From the NCBI GenBank assembly GCA_963739455.1, contig CAVUAK010000003.1:288001-352000 (forward strand): 64,000 nucleotides of DNA. The letters are read 5' to 3'. The stretch comes from an uncultured Gemmatimonadales bacterium (GTDB taxonomy: Bacteria; Gemmatimonadota; Gemmatimonadetes; Gemmatimonadales; GWC2-71-9). The translations under genes and the position numbers were made by a program. Below the pieces are notes generated by a model, which had not been told where the DNA came from, searched no databases, and saw nothing but the letters and a program-made list of their open reading frames with translations. Shown here piece after piece: positions 52,742-62,583 of this stretch (position 1 is its first letter; each line of letters opens with the position of its first letter).

Positions 52742-53759
52742 GCTGTTGGTGGCCGCAATCTCGGCGTGCGGGAAGGACACCCGCACTCCCGTCCTCGTCT
52801 ACTCTCCCCACGGCCGTGACCAGTTGTTGTTGCTCGAGCGAGAATTCGAGCGCAAGCGCCCCGATATCGACATCCGCTGGCTTGACCTTGGCAGCCAGGA
52901 AATCCTTGATCGGCTCCGCTTCGAACGGGTCAACCCCCAGGCTGATGTCTGGTTCGGCGGGCCTACCACCGTATTCGATCGTGGCGTGCAGGACTCGCTG
53001 CTCCAGCCCTACCGGCCCGAATGGGTCGAGCACACCGACAGCAGTGCGTGGGGTCCCGGCGACCTCTACTTTGGCGTGTACCGAACGCCCGCCGTCATCG
53101 CTTACAACAGCAATGCCGTCACCGCAGACGAGGCCCCGAAGGATTGGGACGATGTGCTGGATCCGAAGTGGCACGACCAGGTCCTCATCCGCGACCCGAT
53201 GGCGAGTGGAACCATGCGTGCCATCTGGGGACTCATCATCGAGCGAAGCATCAACACCACCGGTGACACCACTGCCGGGATGAACTGGCTTCGGCGCCTC
53301 GATCGGCAGACCCGCGCATACGCGCTGAATCCCGCCATCCTCGATGCCAAGCTGGCGCGTCGGGAAGGCCTTGTTACCCTGTGGGACTTGCCTGATATCC
53401 TCATCAGCCAGTCCAAGGGCATGCCATTCAACTACGTTTTCCCGTCGAGTGGGACGGTGGTCATCGAGGATGCGATCGGCCTGGTCCGGGGCAGCCGTCA
53501 CCCGGATGCGGCAAAGACTTTCATCGATTTTGTCGGCAGCACCGAGGCCCAGGTACTGGCGGCCAACAAGGTCTTCCGTATTCCTGCGCGCACCGACCTC
53601 GCCCGGGATGAAGTTCCCGCCTGGCTCGATACCGTCATGCGTGACATGAAGGTGGCGCCGGTGGACTGGGCCCTCCTCGCGCGCGATGGCAGCGCGTGGA
53701 TGGCCTACTGGGACCAGCACGTGCGCGGGACCGGCAAGCGGTTGGAGGCAAACGACTGA
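52695..53759 (+). CDS. ABC transporter substrate-binding lipoprotein (Fe3+/AfuA-like)
   Basis: GTGA overlap; lipobox AISAC; NPQADVWFGG, PKDWDD.LDP.W, P..SGT, AKTFIDF. Confidence 0.88.
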   Translation: MTLIDFPFPVPRSLFPLLVAAISACGKDTRTPVLVYSPHGRDQLLLLEREFERKRPDIDIRWLDLGSQEILDRLRFERVNPQADVWFGGPTTVFDRGVQDSLLQPYRPEWVEHTDSSAWGPGDLYFGVYRTPAVIAYNSNAVTADEAPKDWDDVLDPKWHDQVLIRDPMASGTMRAIWGLIIERSINTTGDTTAGMNWLRRLDRQTRAYALNPAILDAKLARREGLVTLWDLPDILISQSKGMPFNYVFPSSGTVVIEDAIGLVRGSRHPDAAKTFIDFVGSTEAQVLAANKVFRIPARTDLARDEVPAWLDTVMRDMKVAPVDWALLARDGSAWMAYWDQHVRGTGKRLEAND

Positions 53760-54842
53760 ATGATCGATAGCTTCCTGGCACTCGACCAGCTCACCCGCCG
53801 ATTCGGTGAGCATCTCGCCGTTGACGCGCTTTCACTCTCGCTCGAGCGCGGCGAGGTCCTCGCGCTGCTCGGACCCAGCGGCAGTGGCAAGACGACAGCC
53901 CTCCGCCTGCTCGCCGGGTTCGAGCATCCCGACTCCGGTCGTGTACTGGTCGAGGGCGTCGATGTCACCGCGCTGCCGGCGGCGCGGCGGCGCTTCGGCA
54001 TGGTGTTCCAGCACTATGCACTCTTCCCCCACCTCGACGTGGGCCAGAACGTGGCCTTCGGCCTCGAGGCCATCGGTGCACCGGCCAATGATATCCGGCG
54101 CCGCGTCACCGAGGCGCTCGAGCAGGTGGACCTTGCCGGTCTCGAGCGCCGGCGCATCGGCGAGCTCTCCGGCGGGCAGCAGCAGCGCGTCGCCCTCGCG
54201 CGCGCCCTGGCACCTGAGCCACGGGTCCTGCTGCTCGATGAACCACTCTCCAACCTCGATCCCACCCTGCGCGAGCGCACCCGTCGCGAGCTGCGCGAGG
54301 TGATCCGCCGCATCGGCATCACCACCGTCCTGGTGACGCACGAGCAGGACGAGGCCTTCGAACTGGGAGACCGGGTGGCGCTGCTGCGCGCCGGCCGGCT
54401 GGAGCAGGTGGGAACGCCCGCCGACCTCTACGGGCGTCCCGCCACGCCATTCGTCGCCACCTTCATCGGGCGCGCGAGTCCGGTGCCGGTCATGGTCGAG
54501 CGCGGCGTGACGGGCGTGCTCCGCCTCCGGTTGCCCGGTGGCGGGCTCTGGACCCTCACTCCAGAGCAGGAAACCGGGCATGAGGTGGAGGGTCCGGCCA
54601 CGCTCTACGCCCGCCCGGAGGCACTCCGCCTCGCGACTGGTACCGATGGAGCAGCCCAGGGCGTCATCACCTCGCTGCGCTTCGCCGGTGCCTCGTCGCT
54701 CTTCGGTGTCCGTCTCGAACTCGGCCATGAGGTGGAGGTGGCCGCGCCGCTCGGCTCGGCGCAGGTCGGCGAATCGGTCGGCGTGCTGCCGAGCCGGCGC
54801 GGACAGGGTGGCATGCATCTCTTCGCGCCGGCGGCCCGTTGA
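53760..54842 (+). CDS. ABC transporter ATP-binding protein (FbpC/PotA-like)
   Basis: GPSGSGKT, FQHYALFPHL, LSGGQQQR, LLDEP. Confidence 0.93.
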   Translation: MIDSFLALDQLTRRFGEHLAVDALSLSLERGEVLALLGPSGSGKTTALRLLAGFEHPDSGRVLVEGVDVTALPAARRRFGMVFQHYALFPHLDVGQNVAFGLEAIGAPANDIRRRVTEALEQVDLAGLERRRIGELSGGQQQRVALARALAPEPRVLLLDEPLSNLDPTLRERTRRELREVIRRIGITTVLVTHEQDEAFELGDRVALLRAGRLEQVGTPADLYGRPATPFVATFIGRASPVPVMVERGVTGVLRLRLPGGGLWTLTPEQETGHEVEGPATLYARPEALRLATGTDGAAQGVITSLRFAGASSLFGVRLELGHEVEVAAPLGSAQVGESVGVLPSRRGQGGMHLFAPAAR

Positions 54843-56497
54843 ATCGCCGGGCGCGCGGGGCCGTACTGTTCGGGGTGCTTCTTTCCCTCCTCCTCATCTG
54901 GCTCGTCGTATACCCGATCGGGATCGTGGCCATCGACGCGGTACGCGGCGCCGACGGCTTCACCCTGGATGGGTTCCGCGCATTCCTTGCGCGCCACAAC
55001 GAGTGGCAGGCGCTATGGGGTAGTGTCTGGATCTCGCTTGCCACGGTCGTGCTCTCCGCGGGTATTGGCGTCCCCCTCGCCGTCTTCTTCACCCGTTACG
55101 AGTTCCCCGGCCGCCGCGTCCTGGCGCAGCTCGTCGCCCTGCCGGCGGTGCTTCCTCCACTCGTGGGCGTGCTCTCCTTCCTCTTTCTCTGGGGCGAGAC
55201 CGGCTTCGCCGCGCGGCTCGTGCAGCAGGTCACGGGACGGCTCGACCCGCCATGGCGACTGCAGGGGGCTGGGGCCATCCTCTTCGTGCACGCGTACTCG
55301 ATGTACGTCTACTTCTATCTCTTCGTGCGCGCCGGCCTGCGCGGCATCGACGCGTCGGCCTACGAGGCCGCCGAGAGTCTTGGGGCCTCTCGCTGGCGCA
55401 CGCTCACGCGGGTGGTGATGCCGCTCCTCCGTCCTGCGCTGGCAGGCGCGGCACTGCTCGTCTTCCTCTCGTCACTGGCGTCATTCAGCGCACCATACCT
55501 CTTTGGCGGCGGCTTCCGGGTCATGACGACGCAGATCGTCAGCACCCGCCTCAATGGCGACGACAGGCTGGCGATGGTGGAGACGCTCGCGCTGACGGCG
55601 ATTGCCCTGGTGGGGCTCGTCCTGGTGCGACTGGTCGATGCCGACGGCATCATTGGCGGGTCCAAGGGCGCGCCTCCCGCGGCACGACCGATCACATCGC
55701 GGCGGGCTCGCACCCTCCTCTCTGTCGTTGCCTGGCTGCTGGCTGGGTTCCTCCTGCTCCCACACGCCACCCTGCTGCTCGTCTCCCTCGTGCCACTCGG
55801 GACGTGGACCAACGAGGCGCTGCCGCCCTCGTATACGCTGGGCAACTACCTCACGCTCATCAGTGATCCGGTACGGTCGCGTCCACTGCTCACCAGCCTC
55901 TGGATGGCGGTCGTTGCCACGGCGGGAGCGGTTGTGATCGGCCTCGCGGTCGGGGCGCTGGTGGTTCGTCGCAAGGTGCCGACGGCGCGCCTCCTGGAAT
56001 GGTTGGTCGCCCTGCCGTGGGCGGTGCCTGGGACGGTGTTCGCCATTGCGCTTGCCACCGCCTTCTCGGTGCACGCGCCGGCGATGCTCCGCTTCATCCT
56101 GGTGGGGACGCCGTTCATCCTTCCACTCGCCTATCTCGTGCGCAACCTGCCGCTCTCGGGACGGGCGCTGCTGGCGGGCTATCGCCGGCTCGATCCCTCG
56201 TATGAGGAAGCATCGGCGTCGCTCGGTGCCGGTGGCGTGCGGACCATGCGCCGGGTCGTCGTTCCCCTGCTGCGTTCCTCGCTCGTGGCCGGCGCAACCT
56301 TGGCGTTTGTGGCCGGCTTCGGAGACTTCGTGACCAGCGTGCTGCTCTATACGTACGATACGCGCCCCATCTCCCTCGAGATCCTGGGCAGCCTCCGCTC
56401 GAGTGACGTCGGCGTTGCGGCCGCTTACGGTGTCGTGCTGATGTGCGTGAGTGCGGCGGTGTTCCTGGTGACGGCCGAACGGGAGCCCGGCCGATGA
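54839..56497 (+). CDS. ABC transporter permease (FbpB-like, duplicated domain)
   Basis: Two EAA loops (EAAESLGA, EASASLGA). Confidence 0.9.
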   Translation: MNRRARGAVLFGVLLSLLLIWLVVYPIGIVAIDAVRGADGFTLDGFRAFLARHNEWQALWGSVWISLATVVLSAGIGVPLAVFFTRYEFPGRRVLAQLVALPAVLPPLVGVLSFLFLWGETGFAARLVQQVTGRLDPPWRLQGAGAILFVHAYSMYVYFYLFVRAGLRGIDASAYEAAESLGASRWRTLTRVVMPLLRPALAGAALLVFLSSLASFSAPYLFGGGFRVMTTQIVSTRLNGDDRLAMVETLALTAIALVGLVLVRLVDADGIIGGSKGAPPAARPITSRRARTLLSVVAWLLAGFLLLPHATLLLVSLVPLGTWTNEALPPSYTLGNYLTLISDPVRSRPLLTSLWMAVVATAGAVVIGLAVGALVVRRKVPTARLLEWLVALPWAVPGTVFAIALATAFSVHAPAMLRFILVGTPFILPLAYLVRNLPLSGRALLAGYRRLDPSYEEASASLGAGGVRTMRRVVVPLLRSSLVAGATLAFVAGFGDFVTSVLLYTYDTRPISLEILGSLRSSDVGVAAAYGVVLMCVSAAVFLVTAEREPGR

Positions 56498-57720
56498 GCG
56501 AGGTTGCCGCGCCGGTCGCCTCTGCCAGCGCGCGAGACCAGCTCCGGCGTCTCGGGGTCCTCATCGCCACCTGTTTTGTGGACATGATCGGGTTTGCGAT
56601 GGTACTGCCGATCCTGCCGTTCTACGCGCTCGACCTCAAGGCCTCTCCCTTCCAGATCGGGATCATTACCGCCGCTTTTTCTGCGGCGCAGATACTCTCG
56701 GCCCCCCTCTGGGGACGGGTGTCCGACAAGTACGGGCGACGGCCAGCGCTGCTCATCGGCCTCCTTGCATCGGCCATGGCGTACGTGGTATTCGGGCTGG
56801 CCCACTCGCTCTGGCTGCTCTTTCTCTCGCGCCTCATCCAGGGCGCGGGCGGCGGTACCACCGGTGTGGCCAATGCCTACATCGCCGATTCGGTCGAACC
56901 GGGTGATCGCGCGCGCGCGCTGGGGTGGCTCTCGGCCGCCACGTCGGCCGGGGTCATGTTCGGCCCGGTCATCGGGTCCGTGGCTGCCCATTGGGGCCGG
57001 GCGATGCCGGGCTTTGTGGCGGCGGCACTCTGCGTCGTCAACTTTGCCTTTGCGTGGCGCCTGCTTCCCGAGTCGCACAAGAACCGGGGCAGCACCACCG
57101 TCGTGCGGAAGCCGGTGTGGCAGTCGGCGTGGCAGGTGGTGCGACACCCGACGCTGCAGGTATCGAGGCTCACCTGGATCTACAGCGTCGGCATGCTCGC
57201 CTTCGCCTCGCTCACGTCGGTGCTGGCGCTCTTTCTCGGGGCCCGCTTTCACGTGAATGCCATGACGATCGGACCCTGGTTCCTCTACATCGGCGGCCTG
57301 TCCGTCATCATGCGGACGATCTTCCTCGGCCCCATCGTCGATCGGATCGGTGAGACGTGGGCCATGCGAATCGGGGCAATGCTGCTCATCGTCGGGCTGC
57401 TCCTCTATCCGATCGCGTCATCCATCGCGATGCTCGTGCTCATCATGCCGCTGGTCCCCATCGGCACCGCCCTCCTTTTCCCGTCCACCACGGCGCTGAT
57501 GACGCGGGGGGCGGACCGCGAGGAGACTGGCACGGTCATGGGCGTGGCCCAGACGTTCGGCGGCGTGTCTCGCGTGGCGGCTCCGCTCATGGCAACCGCT
57601 GCATTCGAGGTTAACATCTGGTTCCCGTTTGTCCTGGGCGCCGGGGTGGTCGGGGTAGCGATGATCATGGCGTTCCGGGTGCCGGTGGTACCACCGCGGA
57701 GGAAGGTGATTCGTGCCTGA
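56494..57720 (+). CDS. MFS transporter (TetA/DHA1-like)
   Basis: GRVSDKYGRRP motif A, R..QG, GP.IG. Confidence 0.9.
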   Translation: MSEVAAPVASASARDQLRRLGVLIATCFVDMIGFAMVLPILPFYALDLKASPFQIGIITAAFSAAQILSAPLWGRVSDKYGRRPALLIGLLASAMAYVVFGLAHSLWLLFLSRLIQGAGGGTTGVANAYIADSVEPGDRARALGWLSAATSAGVMFGPVIGSVAAHWGRAMPGFVAAALCVVNFAFAWRLLPESHKNRGSTTVVRKPVWQSAWQVVRHPTLQVSRLTWIYSVGMLAFASLTSVLALFLGARFHVNAMTIGPWFLYIGGLSVIMRTIFLGPIVDRIGETWAMRIGAMLLIVGLLLYPIASSIAMLVLIMPLVPIGTALLFPSTTALMTRGADREETGTVMGVAQTFGGVSRVAAPLMATAAFEVNIWFPFVLGAGVVGVAMIMAFRVPVVPPRRKVIRA

Positions 57721-59446
57721 AGATGGAGAACACGTGACGCTGGCCATGGCGGCCTCCCCCGAGGCACTCGCGAAGGCGACCTGGAGTGATATCCGGCCCT
57801 GGTTCGACGCCCTCGCCGCGCGCGAGTTCGACAATACCAGCGTCGAGCAGTGGCTTGCCGACTGGTCGCGCCTCGAGGCCATGCTGACCGAGGCCGCAAG
57901 CCGGGCGATGATCCGCTATACCGTCGATACCAGGGACAAGGAGGCGGAGCAGGATCACCTGCGCTTTTCCATGGAGATCCTGCCCCAGGCGGAGGAGCGG
58001 AGCGTCGCCCTGCAGAGGCGACTGGTGGCGTCCGGCTACGTCTCGCCGGCCCTGGAAACCACGCTGCGCGGCTTCCGGACCTCCATCGAGATCTTCCGCG
58101 ACGCCAACGTGCCGATCATGAGCGAGCTGGAGGAGCACTCGGCGACATATCAGCGCATCACCGGCGGCATGACGGCCCTGTGGGAAGGGAAGGAACTGCC
58201 GCTGCCTCAGCTCGCCCCCTTCCTCAAGGAACCCGACCGGGCCGTGCGGGAACGCGCCTTCCGCGCGAGTACCGCGCCGTATGTGGCGGCGCGCGGTGAG
58301 CTCGCGCCACTCTTCGACCAGATGCACGGGCTGCGGCAGCAGGTGGCCCGCAACGCCGGCTTTTCGTCGTTCCGCGACTACGTGTTCAAGGCAAAGCTCC
58401 GCTTCGACTATTCACCGTCGGACTGCGAGCGCTTCCACGATGCCGTTGAGCGCCATGTCATGCCGGCCTACAACCGCCTGATGACGCACCGGCGCGAACA
58501 ACTCAAGGTCTCCTCGCTCCGGCCCTGGGATGTAGCCGTCGACCTGTACGGTGCGAAGCCGCTGCGTCCATTCCAGGACGGCGCCGAACTGGCCCGGCGC
58601 GCCAGGGCGGTCTTCGAGCGCGTGGATCCGGCCCTGGGTGCGCAGTTCGGCGTCATGATCGACGAGCAGCTGCTCGATCTCGACAGCAGGGCAGGGAAGG
58701 CACCGGGCGGTTACTGCGACACGCTGCACTGGACCGGCAGGCCATTCATCTTCATGAATGCGGTCGGGCTCATGGACGACGTCATGACCCTGATGCACGA
58801 GGCCGGTCATGCGTTCCATGCATTCGCTGCCGGGAGGCTGCCGCTGGTGTGGCAACGTCACCCGGGGTCGGAGGCGTGCGAACTCGCATCAATGTCGATG
58901 GAGCTCCTCTCGGCGCCGCACCTGGAGCGTCCGCTGGGGTACTTCGCGCCCGACGACCTCCGGCGCGCGCGGCTGGAGCACCTCGAGGACGTGATCATCA
59001 CGCTGGCGCACGTCGCGTCGGTCGATGCCTTCCAGCACTGGATCTACACCGATCCCACTGGCGCAGAGGCCGGGGCGCGGGATGCCGCCTGGCTCCGTAT
59101 CCGGAGCCGCTTCGACCAGGGAGTGGATTGGTCCGGCCTGGAGGAGGAGCGCACTGCGCGATGGTATCGCCAGTTGCACATCTTCCTCTACCCGTTCTAC
59201 TACATCGAGTACGGCATCGCCCAGCTTGGCGCGCTGCAGGTGTGGCGGAACAGCCTGCGCGATCCCGGGGACGCTATCCGCCGCTACCGTGACGCCCTTG
59301 CCCTCGGCAATACCCGCTCGCTGCCCGACATCTACGCTGCGGCAGGTGCCAGGCTCGCCTTTGACGCTGCAACGGTGGGCGAGCTGGTCCAGCTGGTCGA
59401 GGAGCAGGTTGATCTCCTGCGCAGCCAGGTGCCCCCGGCTGCCTGA
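57713..59446 (+). CDS. M3 family oligoendopeptidase (PepF-like)
   Basis: GKAPGGYC, HEAGHAFH, E.ASM.ME, HIF.YPFYYIEY. Confidence 0.92.
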   Translation: MPEDGEHVTLAMAASPEALAKATWSDIRPWFDALAAREFDNTSVEQWLADWSRLEAMLTEAASRAMIRYTVDTRDKEAEQDHLRFSMEILPQAEERSVALQRRLVASGYVSPALETTLRGFRTSIEIFRDANVPIMSELEEHSATYQRITGGMTALWEGKELPLPQLAPFLKEPDRAVRERAFRASTAPYVAARGELAPLFDQMHGLRQQVARNAGFSSFRDYVFKAKLRFDYSPSDCERFHDAVERHVMPAYNRLMTHRREQLKVSSLRPWDVAVDLYGAKPLRPFQDGAELARRARAVFERVDPALGAQFGVMIDEQLLDLDSRAGKAPGGYCDTLHWTGRPFIFMNAVGLMDDVMTLMHEAGHAFHAFAAGRLPLVWQRHPGSEACELASMSMELLSAPHLERPLGYFAPDDLRRARLEHLEDVIITLAHVASVDAFQHWIYTDPTGAEAGARDAAWLRIRSRFDQGVDWSGLEEERTARWYRQLHIFLYPFYYIEYGIAQLGALQVWRNSLRDPGDAIRRYRDALALGNTRSLPDIYAAAGARLAFDAATVGELVQLVEEQVDLLRSQVPPAA

Positions 59447-59566
59447 TGGCCCGCCGGGGGGGGCCGAGGTTGCGCCCCGGCCCCTCAGAGGCAAGATTGA
59501 CCGCCGCTGGCGGAGGCCCCTTCAGGCCCTCACGCCTTCAAGTCCTCACGTCTTTAGGGAGCCCGG

Positions 59567-59785
59567 ATGGCGAAAGAAGAAGGCATCGAAATGGAGGGGG
59601 TGGTGACCGAGGTCCTGCCAGACCGGAACTACCGCGTCCTGCTCGACAATGGCCATGAGATCCTGGCCTACGCCGCCGGCAAGATGAGCAAGTTCAAGAT
59701 TCGCGTACTCGAGGGCGACCGGGTGAGTGTAGTGCTCTCCCCGTACGACCTGACCCGTGGCCGGGTCACCTACCGACACAAGTAG
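59567..59785 (+). CDS. infA: Translation initiation factor IF-1
   Basis: [15 protein letters not shown]...GH..LAY..GKM...[22 protein letters not shown]. Confidence 0.96.
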   Translation: MAKEEGIEMEGVVTEVLPDRNYRVLLDNGHEILAYAAGKMSKFKIRVLEGDRVSVVLSPYDLTRGRVTYRHK

Positions 59786-59803
59786 GACGAGTTGCGGGAA
59801 TAC

Positions 59804-59846
59804 AAACGGAGGGCCGGCGTCTCGCCGGCCCTCCGTCGCTTTCCTG
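59804..59846. terminator. Probable bidirectional terminator between infA and csp
   Basis: ACGGAGGGCCGGCG-TCT-CGCCGGCCCTCCGT, 14-bp perfect stem. Confidence 0.8.
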
Positions 59847-59878
59847 TTCCCTCTTCCCGCAGTTGCTGTTCCCGCAGC

Positions 59879-60094
59879 CTACTTTCCCAGCTTCGTCACC
59901 TTCTCGGCCGCCGGGCCCTTCTGGCCCTGAACGATCTCGAACTCGACCCGCTCACCCTCGGCCAGGCTGCGGAAGCCATCCGCCTCAATGGCGGTGTGAT
60001 GAACGAAGCAGTCCTTTTCTCCGTTCTCGGGGGTGATGAAGCCGAAACCCTTCGCATCATTGAACCACTTGACCGTGCCAGAAACGCGAGCCAT
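59879..60094 (-). CDS. Cold-shock protein (CspA family)
   Basis: [40 protein letters not shown]. Confidence 0.96.
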   Translation of the reverse strand: MARVSGTVKWFNDAKGFGFITPENGEKDCFVHHTAIEADGFRSLAEGERVEFEIVQGQKGPAAEKVTKLGK

Positions 60095-60280
60095 CGGAGC
60101 AACCTCGTTGTGACGTGACCGCGAGACAGCGGCGCTGCCTCGCTCCATCATGGTGCACGGGCCTGTCCCGTGTCATGAAGCCGTGACGGGGCTGGTGCCC
60201 CGGTGCGATTGAATGAGGATCTGCGTGTGCCGGAACTGGCTGTATCCGACTCACCTAATGTCCGCCGCGGGCAGGGTTCG

Positions 60281-62032
60281 TCAAGAGGATCCCGGCCAGA
60301 TCGACCCTAGCCGCCAGCGCAGGGTATCAATCGCGCGCTCGACCCGCCCGCGGCGGGTAACGCGATTGAGCGCCTGCAGGAAGTCGGTGGCACTCGCATA
60401 GCGCCGGTCGACGCCGCTTTGGAGCGCCCGCTGCAGCACGCTGGCGAGTCCCGGTCCCACGTCGGGTGCCACGGTGCGCAGGTCAGGTGCCTGGTCGGTG
60501 GCCTGTCGCGCGAGCACCTGTTCCGGTGTCACTCCCTCGAACGGTGGATGTCCGAGGAGGGCGAAGTAGGCCACGGCCGCCAGGCTGTACAGGTCGCTGC
60601 GCTGGTCCACCTTCTCGCCCAGCAACTGCTCGGGACTCGCGAACTGGGGCGTGCCGCTCTGGCTCGTGGCGCCACCAAAGCGTCCGCCCCTGAGCGCCAG
60701 CGCCAGCCCGAAGTCGGTGATCTTGAGGCTGCCGCCCGGCGCGATCAGCATGTTTTCCGGCTTGATATCGCGGTGCACCAGGCCAAGTGCGTGAGCCTGT
60801 GCCAGGGCGCCGAGTGCCTCGCGCAGCAGGCGGATGACCCGTGGTACGCTGAGCGGCCCTTCGCGCTCCACCAGCTGCGCCAGGTTGGGCCCGCGCACCA
60901 GTTCCATCGTGTACCAGAGCAGCCCCGAGCGGGACTGGATGTCGTAGATGTCCACCACGTTCGGGTGCTTCAGTTTCGCGGCGAGCTGCGCCTCGCGACG
61001 GAATCGCTCGACACCGGCGAGGTCGCGGGTGAGTGCCGGGTGCAGGACCTTGAGCGCCACCTCGCGCTCGAGGTGAAGGTCGCGCGCGCGATACACCCTG
61101 CCGAATCCGCCGCTGCCGACGGTGTCCAGCAGCTCGTAGTCATCGCCGAGCGCCCGGCGAAGCAGCTTTTCCCATTCCTCCGCATGGTCGGCGGTGGTGT
61201 CGAGCTGCGCGCCTGCCGGTCGCACCGACACGGCCTCCACGGCACCGGCCTCCGACGCGAAGTCCTCCAGCATTTCGCCGGCCGAGAGATACCGGCGGCT
61301 GGGATCGGCGCGCAGTGCGCGCACGATGATCCGTTCCAGCGTGCGCGGCGTGGTGGGGCGCAATTCGGAGGGGCGGCGAATGGCGGCGGGGTCGAGGGCT
61401 GGCTCGGTGCCGGTGGCGGCGTAGTAGAGCACCGCGCCGGCGGTATACACATCGCTGGCCGGCTCGCCGGGTTCACCCTGTCGTACTTCGGGCGCCATGA
61501 ACGGAAGTCCCGTCGGCTCGATACCGGCCGGTACCGCGGGCAGCGTCCAGCTGCTGAAGCGCAGGTCGGTGACGGTGCCACGACCCGCATGACTCAGGAC
61601 GATCCCCGCCGGCACGATGCGCCGGAACAGGATGCCCTGGGTGTGCGCATGCTCCAGCGCGCTCAGGAGGTCGCGCGCCAGGGTGTGTACGGTGGGGATC
61701 AGCCGCGGCCCGCGCTGCGCCGCGTGCTCGAGGCTCTCGCCGTCGATCCAGTTGCCGATGCGGAACGCCACGTCACCCACCACGCCGACATCGTATACGT
61801 GCCGGATCGCCGGGTGGTCGAGCTGCGCCAGCGCCTCGGCCTCGCGGAGGAACCATCCCCGCATCGGTTCAGTGGTGTAGATGTTTGCCCGGATGCTGAC
61901 GCGGCGGTTCAGCACGCGATCGAGGCCCACGAAGAGGAGACGCTCGGCGTCGGCGGCAACCACCCGCTCGAGCCGGTATCGGGTGCCGAGCGCCATCTCG
62001 GCTGCCGCGAAGTAGTCGGCCGCCTCGCTCAT
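60281..62032 (-). CDS. Tandem Hanks-type kinase: N-terminal pseudokinase plus C-terminal active Ser/Thr kinase
   Basis: C-domain GSGGFG/VALK/HRDIKPEN/DFG/GTP..SPE; N-domain keeps HP, APE, SDVY but has degenerate catalytic motifs. Confidence 0.9.
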   Translation of the reverse strand: MSEAADYFAAAEMALGTRYRLERVVAADAERLLFVGLDRVLNRRVSIRANIYTTEPMRGWFLREAEALAQLDHPAIRHVYDVGVVGDVAFRIGNWIDGESLEHAAQRGPRLIPTVHTLARDLLSALEHAHTQGILFRRIVPAGIVLSHAGRGTVTDLRFSSWTLPAVPAGIEPTGLPFMAPEVRQGEPGEPASDVYTAGAVLYYAATGTEPALDPAAIRRPSELRPTTPRTLERIIVRALRADPSRRYLSAGEMLEDFASEAGAVEAVSVRPAGAQLDTTADHAEEWEKLLRRALGDDYELLDTVGSGGFGRVYRARDLHLEREVALKVLHPALTRDLAGVERFRREAQLAAKLKHPNVVDIYDIQSRSGLLWYTMELVRGPNLAQLVEREGPLSVPRVIRLLREALGALAQAHALGLVHRDIKPENMLIAPGGSLKITDFGLALALRGGRFGGATSQSGTPQFASPEQLLGEKVDQRSDLYSLAAVAYFALLGHPPFEGVTPEQVLARQATDQAPDLRTVAPDVGPGLASVLQRALQSGVDRRYASATDFLQALNRVTRRGRVERAIDTLRWRLGSIWPGSS

Positions 62033-62039
62033 GGCGCCG

Positions 62040-62582
62040 TCAGGTCTGGCCGCCGCGCCGTCGCTCGACGCGCATGCCCCGGCCGCAGTATTCCGGGCTG
62101 CACCAGATCCGGTACTGCGTTGGCGATCGATCCAGCAGGAAGAGGGAGCAGGTCGGCCCGGTACAGAGCCGGATGACCGGAGATGGGAGGGCCAGCGTCT
62201 CGGCGGCCATGCGCGCGATCGTCGCCAGGACGCCCGGCGGCTCGTCAGGCGCAAACGTCAGCTGCCACTGACCCGCGACGCGCACTAGCTGCTGTCCACC
62301 AGGCACGGAGGCAAGCAGCTCGTTGATGGCGCGCACACTCCCGGAGGGAGATGGCTGGCCCGTGGCCAGGGCGTTGGCGAGGTCGGTGAGGTGGGTCCGG
62401 AGGGCGCGAACGTCATCGAACGGTACCGGGCCGGCGGGCAGCTGCAGCGCCTCGAGCCATGCGTCCCAGGCGGGAGCACCATTCAGCCTGTCGGGCGGGT
62501 TGGGCTCGCGGCCGCGGCCCGTGTTCACGAAGTCGAGCCACACGGCATCACCGAGGAGGATGAACCGGTCCTCCCGTGCCAC
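62040..62582 (-). CDS. ABATE/CGNR zinc-finger domain protein
   Basis: LDFVNT N-terminus; C-terminal CTGPTC..F.LDRS....R.WCS...CGRG. Confidence 0.85.
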   Translation of the reverse strand: MAREDRFILLGDAVWLDFVNTGRGREPNPPDRLNGAPAWDAWLEALQLPAGPVPFDDVRALRTHLTDLANALATGQPSPSGSVRAINELLASVPGGQQLVRVAGQWQLTFAPDEPPGVLATIARMAAETLALPSPVIRLCTGPTCSLFLLDRSPTQYRIWCSPEYCGRGMRVERRRGGQT

Positions 62583-62583
62583 C

